From positions 61,814,001 to 61,878,000 of the forward strand of contig CM052822.1 in NCBI GenBank assembly GCA_028534125.1: 64,000 nt of DNA, written 5' to 3'. Shown here one piece after another: positions 1-64,000 of this stretch. The notes below the pieces were generated by a model that was given only the letters and a program-made list of their open reading frames with translations, ran no database searches and was not told the origin of the DNA. Made by a program: the position numbers and the translations under genes. Source of the stretch: Lama glama (Eukaryota). Numbering within the stretch: position 1 is the stretch's first letter; each line of letters begins with the position of its first letter.

Positions 1-3000
1 TTGCAGCTGTGCACTGCTGTCAACTGGTTAATTAGATGCCAACATTTACATTTTTAATTTCTGCAATTTGACATTTTATGCAGCAACCCCCAACTCCCCC
101 AGCGGAGGGGAGTCGTGTAGTTTCCTAATGAGGAACTGAAGGGCCCCAGTGCCCCAAAGACAGCCACCCCCTCCCGGGTGCCTTGGGCTGTGGGCTACAG
201 AGAAGTGACCCAGGCACCTGCAGAGGCGGGGAAGCATCAGGACAGTGGGGCAGCGCACCCGGGAGTCCTTGCGGTGTCCCCGCTCGGCCCACACTGAATG
301 CCTGTGGCTTCAGTGCTGGGGAAGGGGAACTTGAGAACTTAGAACAGAGGAGGGTGCGGGGACACTCGCCAGGGAGGACCTAGGGCGAGGCAGGTGGGGC
401 AGCTGGGGCACAGAGTTGTAGGAGAGTCGCTCACTCTCGCGTGGAAGCGCACGCGGCAAGGACAAGCCCTTCCCAGAGCTCCCAGCTCAGGAGACTGTAG
501 GGGGTATTCACAAAGCCTCTGGTTCCCTCTGGCACCCCACCCTGTGTCTCTCCCATCTGCATCCTCACTGCACCCACCGTGAATCCATCAGTCCTGAGCC
601 TGTTTCCCCACCTCCACCCCTCCCCATCCGTGCCCAGGAGTTGGGTAACAGCCTGGCAGAGGTGGTGCCTGTGAGCTATTCCAGCCCTCAGACTTAAGGG
701 CCTGCAATGGAATGACACTTCAGTTTGCGCCAGAGCATCCCCAGGCCGGCAAGGGCTGGGTGGGCCGCCCTGCCAGAGTCACAGCCCCACGTAGAGGCTG
801 TACCGTCCTCGGTCCCATTTGGACTAACTCTCTTCACAACCTTCTTTCAGTGTGGGGTCTTCCCTTCCCCCGCCCCTCCTCACCTCCAGAGCCCTGGGCC
901 CCTTGGCTCCTTGTCATGTTTCATTTTGGCTCCTTTGCTCCATCCCAGAAGCACCCACTCTCTTCCAGGCCTGCAACCCACCCCAAAACATCTTTAAGTT
1001 CCTCGGGGACATGAGTCATCACATCCCAGGTATGAAAGTTCAAGTGAGAGACTCATTTCACTGCCGCTGTTTCGGGAAGGCAATAAGCGCAATGTTCCAT
1101 TTTATCGTGGAGGCCAAGGGTGTGAGCCACTCCGAGGAGATTTGTACCATCGTCCCCTCACCATTCCACGCCTACCGAGCGTTTGTCAGATAAAGGGTTA
1201 TGTCCACAGGTCATATAGGGGAAAATATGACCGAACGACTCCTCTCACCCTGTCCCACGGCCAGCAGCCAGACGTGGCTCTGGCAACACGGTTATGTCCA
1301 GGGCTTCCTCCAGACAGTCACTCTCTGTCACCCACGGACAGTCAGAGCCACTGACCAGGAGGAAAACCCCAGGTTCCCCCGATGGGACAGGACTGTCATC
1401 AGAAGCAAAGACTCCCCCCATTTGCATTACTTGTGAAACCTTACAGGTAGGTGGGTGGCCCTGTCGAGATTTTTTTTTTTTTTTTTTGCAAATGCATCAG
1501 GGCTCCTACTGCGACCTCTGGTCCCTGAGGGGCCTGAGAGCCCATGTCAGGGACCACCATCTTGCACACAGCAGACACCCAGCACTCTGTCCCTTTGCGT
1601 GGCCCGCCTTGTAGTGCACTAAAAGCCCAGTCCATTTCTCCCAAGAGAATATTTAGAGAGTGTGTCTGTGTGTGAGAAGGCGAAGGAGAGGGGTCGGGGT
1701 GGGGCTGAGAGTGGAGTTGGGGAGGGCAGGGCCCTGACTTCTCACCAGAAGGGACGGAGGCGGCCTGCCTGGACATGCTGTGTGTTATTCCCTCTCACGG
1801 GGAGGGCAGGTCTGCACTGGGCGGCCGTCCCTCCTCTGCTGCCTGTGTGCAGAGGGTGCTGGGCGGGACCGGTGCACGTCTGTGCCACCCACAAGCCCAT
1901 GCATGGATCAGTCACGTGTCCTCATCTTCAGCACGTTCTAAATGGCTGGGCTGAGTGGCCTTGGACAGTTTGATGTCTTAGATGAGTGTGGGGCTCGGAT
2001 CCTTGTCCCCAGGCCTGCCCGGGGCTAAGTGGGCCCAGCCTCCCTGCAGATCTTTGCTACCTTTGCCTCGACCTCTCCCCCTCCTCTCCAGGGCTCTGCC
2101 CAGCAGCCCTGAGCCTGACAATGGCCCTGCTCCGGCCCCCCTGTGCTAGGTGCACAACAGCTTCCCCCCGAGCACTGGCTGTGCTGAAGCTCTGCACTGG
2201 GCTCTGCCACCGAGAAGCCTTATTGATTGTGAAGAACGCAGTGAGGCCCCATTAATGAACAGACAAGTGTTCTTAGCAGCTGGCGGGCAGCAAGGAAGGG
2301 AATGGTCAGCCTGGGCTCCTGTACTTGAACTTGCTCCCGTGGGATTTCTTCCTGCAGATGTCTTCTTCAGAAGGGACTGACCCCCCCCCCCCGCACCAAA
2401 AGCTGGCCAAGGCCTGGCCCACGGGGGAGGTCTGGGTCCCACCACTGGCCTTACCCAGCTTTCTTTGCTGTCTCTGCTCATACCAGGTAGGAAGCCAGCA
2501 CCACTGTGGTCCTGACATTGGTCCCCAGGAGCTGCTGTTCAGGGCAGGGCCCCAGAGAGCTGGATTCTCTGCTGTTGACCAGTGTGCAGTGCTTTCCATT
2601 CGTGGGTTTCTATGGGATGGGCCCCGTGTGTGACGGTGGGCATCCCACCTCTGCCTGTAGGACCGCTAGTGGTTGAGAAGGTGGTCTCCAGAGCCCTGAA
2701 CTCTAGAGAAGAGCCAGGTATCCCTATCCCTTCAAACCCCTCAAGGACGACGGTGTAGATGTGAAAGGCATTTAGAGCCTGATGCTCTGATGTACAGACA
2801 CCTGCCCTTCAAGGCCCTGCACACGAAAGTCTTTTCCTCTGTGCATCCTTAACTGGCCTCTCCAGGCCCAGCAGAATCAGGCCGTCACTCCCTGCGCTCC
2901 CCCCTAGTACAGCTCGGGGGCTTCCTGAGGGCCTGTCTGCGTGTCCTCGTGGACCACAAGAGCCACGGGGGAAGGATCAAGTCTAATATATCCCCGTGTC

Positions 3001-4923
3001 CAGTACACCCATGGTGGACACCATAAACGTTTGACCCGGGGCTTAATAATGAAGTCCATGGAATGTCCATCCTTCATCTCCAGACCGCTCCTAGGGTGAA
3101 TGGTCACAGTTTTATATTTTGAATGGATAGCTTCCTTAGGAGGCATTTTAAGATATTTAAAAATCTTAACCTTTTTCAGGGGTGACATATCTGACAGACG
3201 GCATCTGAACATGTGACACGCCCCACTCCAATGCCCGGGGGCCCAACTGCAGCTCCCCTCTGTTCCCCGCTTCGTGGAAAGCCCGTGACTGCAAGTGAGT
3301 GAGGCTGATGCTGCCACGAGGCTGATTCCAATTTAAAATCAGAGGCAATCACTACGTTACAGGAAAAGGTCACTGCTCTTGGTAATGGAATAGAAATGAC
3401 TGTCAACTGTGACACAGCAGTTTGATGTCAACGCTGTTGAGTTCTGCTCTGTAAGATGAGGGGGCAATCGGTTGCTCCTGAGGAACCAAGTCAGTGCTCT
3501 CCCTTTCTCTAGATGTGGCCGTGAGCAAAACCCCTAATACTTAGAGGGAAGCAGCAAAGACTGGAGTCTGCGGTGGGGCCACCAACCACTAGCACTGCAA
3601 GGTGCTTAGAGGCAGGAACGGGATGGAAGGACGGATGAGGTGAGCAGAAGGATGAGAGGGAGGAGGGGCGGGAAGGTGGCTGGGAGAATGGAAGGGACCG
3701 AGGAGGATGGGTAGATGAAGAACTTCCAGAGATACAAGCCAGCGTAGGTATGACAGCAATTTGGGCTGCTCATTCTTCTGAACTGGAGGCTGCCCACGCC
3801 CTTGGCAGGCAGAGGTGGGAGATCAGGCTTGCTGTGCATCCTGAGCAAGCCCCGTGCTGCTGGACTTCCCTTCCCGGCAGCCAGACAAGCTCGGAGGCCA
3901 GCCTCCCCGGAGAGGCAGAGTGGAATTGATCCATTCATCACCGAGTTGAGACGCACTCTAGGCTCCATCTCCAGACCTGTCGCTGCTACTTCCCAGCCCC
4001 TCGGTCTTTGTACCCTCGTCCCAGAAGGAGAGAAGAAAGGATCTGGGACCTCAAGCAAGTGAAAGACGTGAGAGTGCCACCGGTTGCTAAGAAACTGGCG
4101 GGATAAGAAATGGAAACCATCAAGGCATTCCTAAAAATAACCAAATGGACTGGGGTTACTCGTGACCTGCAGCAGCTGTGTGGCACAAATCTCACTTCAC
4201 ACCAAGTGAAAGGGGGGCCATTAGCTCGGCACATGCATTATTTTCACCTCTGACTAACCGGGCCGTTCTGGTGGAAGTGTCCTCTACACAGATGTTTCAC
4301 AAATGCTCCCGGCCCTGCACAACCCTGCTCTCTCCTTCCCTGCCTGAGGTCCCATCGCGGTGCACCGGTGCAAGGATACCCAGCAGCCCAGTGCTGCCTC
4401 TTCCTTCTCTCTCTCTGCTGAAGAGCCAGCTGACCACACAGGAGATCTTGCTCCCGGCAGCTCCGTAGTCAGAAGAATGAGCCACTGTCTATGCAGAGGG
4501 AGGTAAGAGCCTCTTTGGTGACTCAGACATAATCAGATGCAAGGACAAAAGAGTCAGCTCTCTGTCTCTGACAGCCAAGACTGGATGCCCACATGGACCA
4601 GCAGGAAGGGGTGGGGAGATACCAAAGAACAGAGGGAGAGGGAAAACCAAATGCAACTCTTTCAGCAAAACTATGTTCCTGAGATGGCCAGGATCCCACC
4701 CCTCTCAGTCATTCCCACTGTGCAAGGGAGGGTAATTTTCCAGTATAGAGACGGAGACTGTCTGTCTGACATGGGCAAAACGATATTGCTCATTTTGTCT
4801 AAGTCACCGAGTCAAGAACAATTTCTGATCTCTTTTGCTTTTCAAAAAGGAACCAAATCTGACCCTACATCCAGTTTTCCTATCTTTAAGCTACTTGGAA
4901 AAAAAAAAAAAGGGCTCTAAAAT

Positions 4924-5111
4924 CAGGACTGCCATGTAGAGTTGTGCAGGTTGTTCACTGCACAAAGGTGCTTGGTCGAGAAAGTGAGCTGGGGCTCTCA
5001 ACCAGCCTGTCACTCAACAAAGCATGTACCCTGGCGTGGGGAAACATCCCCTGGTAGGAAGGGGCACCTTCCTTAATTCACAGAGACACCATATGGTTGG
5101 CAGAGGCCCTG
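4924..5111 (+). mobile_element. MER91A-like non-autonomous hAT DNA transposon
   Basis: CAGG...CCCTG termini; internal GTGCAGGTTGTTCACTGCACAAAGG and AGGAAGGGGCACC motifs match the recalled consensus; flanking 8-bp target-site duplication TCTAAAAT/TCTAAAAG. Confidence 0.75.
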
Positions 5112-6001
5112 TCTAAAAGTATCCGAAATAGCAGAAAAGAGAATAGGGGGTCAGCTGAAATGGGGATCTACTTTCCTCTTGGACACTTAAGTCGTCTTGG
5201 GCCGATTACTCAGCCATTCTTCATGTATGTTTCTTCACCTTCATGGGCACAAAATGAGGTTATAAATCCTGTTCTCTTATATTCCAGAGCTCCTGTGATG
5301 AGTAATAAATAGAGCTTCAGTGGGTTGTCAAGCTCAGGTGTGTGGCATATGGGGACGACGCGGCCCAGACAAACCATGTTCTTTACCGTGAGTCAGCTTT
5401 GTACCAAGACGGACCCAGGGCCACAGCGCACAGGTGGCCCTCCAGTCGCAGGCACACTGCGTGAGACTGTGATCAGATCAGCGCCACGCTGGCCGAGAAA
5501 GTGCTGTAAGGCCCGGGGCATCCGGAGCTCATGGTGTGACAGCCAGGGGACTGGGACACTGCAAAGCTGTTCAGAGTGACAGTGACATCCCCACAGGACA
5601 CGGGAAGAACTGCCGGATGGACGGGGCAGACGGGGACAGGCCTCCAGCCTTTCTGCGGCAAGATGTTATTCAGTCCCTTGAAGTCTTTTTCTTCTTTTCA
5701 TTTCTTTTTTCTCTCTTATTTTGGTGGGGTTTAGAGCAGGGAACTCTGTGTCCTTCCTGGGCCTAGGAAGTATTTTAGTCACTCAGCTCTGGGCTCTCCA
5801 TGCTGGGGAGCAGAGCGCAGTGGTGACTTCTAGCCCCGTCCCATTCTTGTTCCAGCTGACGGGACTGGGCTCGCGGGGTTGTTGGAACTGCAGCATCGGG
5901 CTTTGTGCAGGACTGGTCTGCACAAATCTAGGGGGGAAGGGGACCACTGCAAACCCACAGGGAAGCTGCCTGCTGTGGCAAGGGGCCCGGCCCCGCACTC
6001 A

Positions 6002-62387
<56,386 letters not shown>

Positions 62388-64000
62388 CTGCAGCAGGTCC
62401 AGGAGGAAAGGAGAAAGCTGGTCACAAAGGGTTCTAGGGAGGGCCCAGGGTTCGGCCTGGTGCCCGCAAGAGCGCGGGGGGCCAAGGACAGGCCAAGACT
62501 GTGTGTGTGCGTGTGTGGGTACGGGTAAGCACGTAGGCACAGGCAGGGTGGGGAAGCACACCTCAGGGGGCCCAGAAGCTAAGGCGGGAGGGCCAGGCCT
62601 GAGTGGGACGCCCATCTGGAATGTGGGTTCACGGGGTAGATCTGAGCAGTTGGCTTGGCCACCTTCTCCGGAGGCCTGTTCCCACCAGTTGGCTTTCCCC
62701 CGGAGGTTTAACTGAGGGAGCTGCCCGCTTCCTCCCTGGCTGCCCAGGGGAACTCTGGCCTTTAGGGCCTTACCAGGCCCTTGATTTGATTTGGGAACTT
62801 TAATTTCTAGGAAATGTTTGGGGGAGATGGGTGCTTTACCAGAGACCTGATCAGTTCCCAAGCAAGGATAGTGATCACAGAGGGTAAGAAATGAAGCGGC
62901 TGCATTCTTCAGGGGATGAGGGGCTCAGGGTTACCAGCGAAGAGGACTGGGTGGAAGCTCAGAGGTGAGGTGGGAAACCCTGAGGCTCACACCTAGGAAT
63001 CTGGGTCGAGGCTCCAGAGGCTCCAAGATGGAGCCCGGGCCCAGCTCTGCATCTGCCCTCTGGGTGCTGCTTCCCTGCTCAGCTCTCCTCGGAGTCTGAT
63101 GTCCCACCCGGCTTGGTCCAGGCCTTGGGAATGTGGTGCCAAGGGGTGGGGGGGGGGTATGATCAGGGGTGCCAGTGGAGGGGCAGTCCCTGGCATGCCA
63201 GCCTCCATCTGCCCTCTGACAGCAGACACTTCCCATCCCCAGAGAAGGAGGGTAGGCGGCAGGAACTCCCAGCCTGTCTTGGGCAGCATTTCCAATCTCT
63301 ACCTGGTGATTTCTCATTATTCCACTGGATTCTGCCCACCATAGGGGGTGGGATGGAGGGTCAGAGCTGAGACAGGTATTCTGCAGAGGAGAGGCTGAGG
63401 GCAGGCAATCTGTTAGAAAAGGTCAGTCCAGGGGACTTGGTCTGAAGTTGTGTTTGTAGAGCCAGAGGGCTCTTTTAACTCGCAGATTAAGTTTGGCGGC
63501 GCGGGGCCATGGGGATGTTTGTGGGTGTTGGGTAGGCAGCTGATGCTCCCTCCTTCACCGAGGGGAGGACAGTGCAGAACTGGGGGAGTGCGCCAGCTGG
63601 GGAGGGTCTCAGGCATCTGCAGAGGCTTCTAAAGGAGCTGTTACCTTCCTCATCTGGGAAATCGCCCTGTAACGCTGAGTTATAGAATGTGCTCCGTGGT
63701 GAATGTGCTGTGACGCCGTCTTCATACAGAAACGTAAGTAGGACGTGCGTCCAGCCTGCTTCAGGCTCTGCCCTAGTGCTCCAAAAGTTTTCACTAACTC
63801 CTTGGTTAAGACGCCAGGCCAGGAAGCCACACTGGGTGTTTCCCTCACAATGGTGGTGGTTTGCACTGCACCATCCACACTCTCATATAATCTCCCTTGA
63901 GACCTGTGATACCCGGGCCAGGGCCAGGGCCAGGGTCTAGGCTCAGCCACAGAATAAAGCCAAGCTTCCCACCCACTGCAGGAAAAACAGGGAAGAATTT

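Overview
Placental-mammal genomic DNA lying entirely inside one gene, PLXNA4 (plexin A4, class-3/class-6 semaphorin receptor), on the minus strand. I traced 20 consecutive coding exons from 62387 down to 6003. They are probably exons 11-30, numbered from my recollection of the human gene. All are flanked by GT-AG introns with consistent phases, and together give 3140 coding nt (about 1046 codons) with no stop or frameshift. They encode the end of IPT1/PSI3, the IPT domains, the transmembrane helix, the KRK juxtamembrane segment, and the split RasGAP-homology domain with its Rho-binding domain (RBD). The 5' exons and the last two exons lie outside the window. The introns hold only old repeats that I could recognise (MIR, L2, L1M, MER3/5A/58A/91, MLT1A0/1B, MLT2, MER31); I recognised no lineage-specific SINE. 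An N-masked block lies at 35.9-37.1 kb. Repeat names come from recalled consensus sequences and need RepeatMasker/Dfam confirmation. I found no convincing new biological system. The best leads are testable hypotheses: (1) a candidate alternative last exon in intron 22 that would give a GAP-truncated receptor, (2) a small CpG-dense, promoter-like element in intron 14, and (3) a weak donor plus RBFOX motif at the transmembrane exon.
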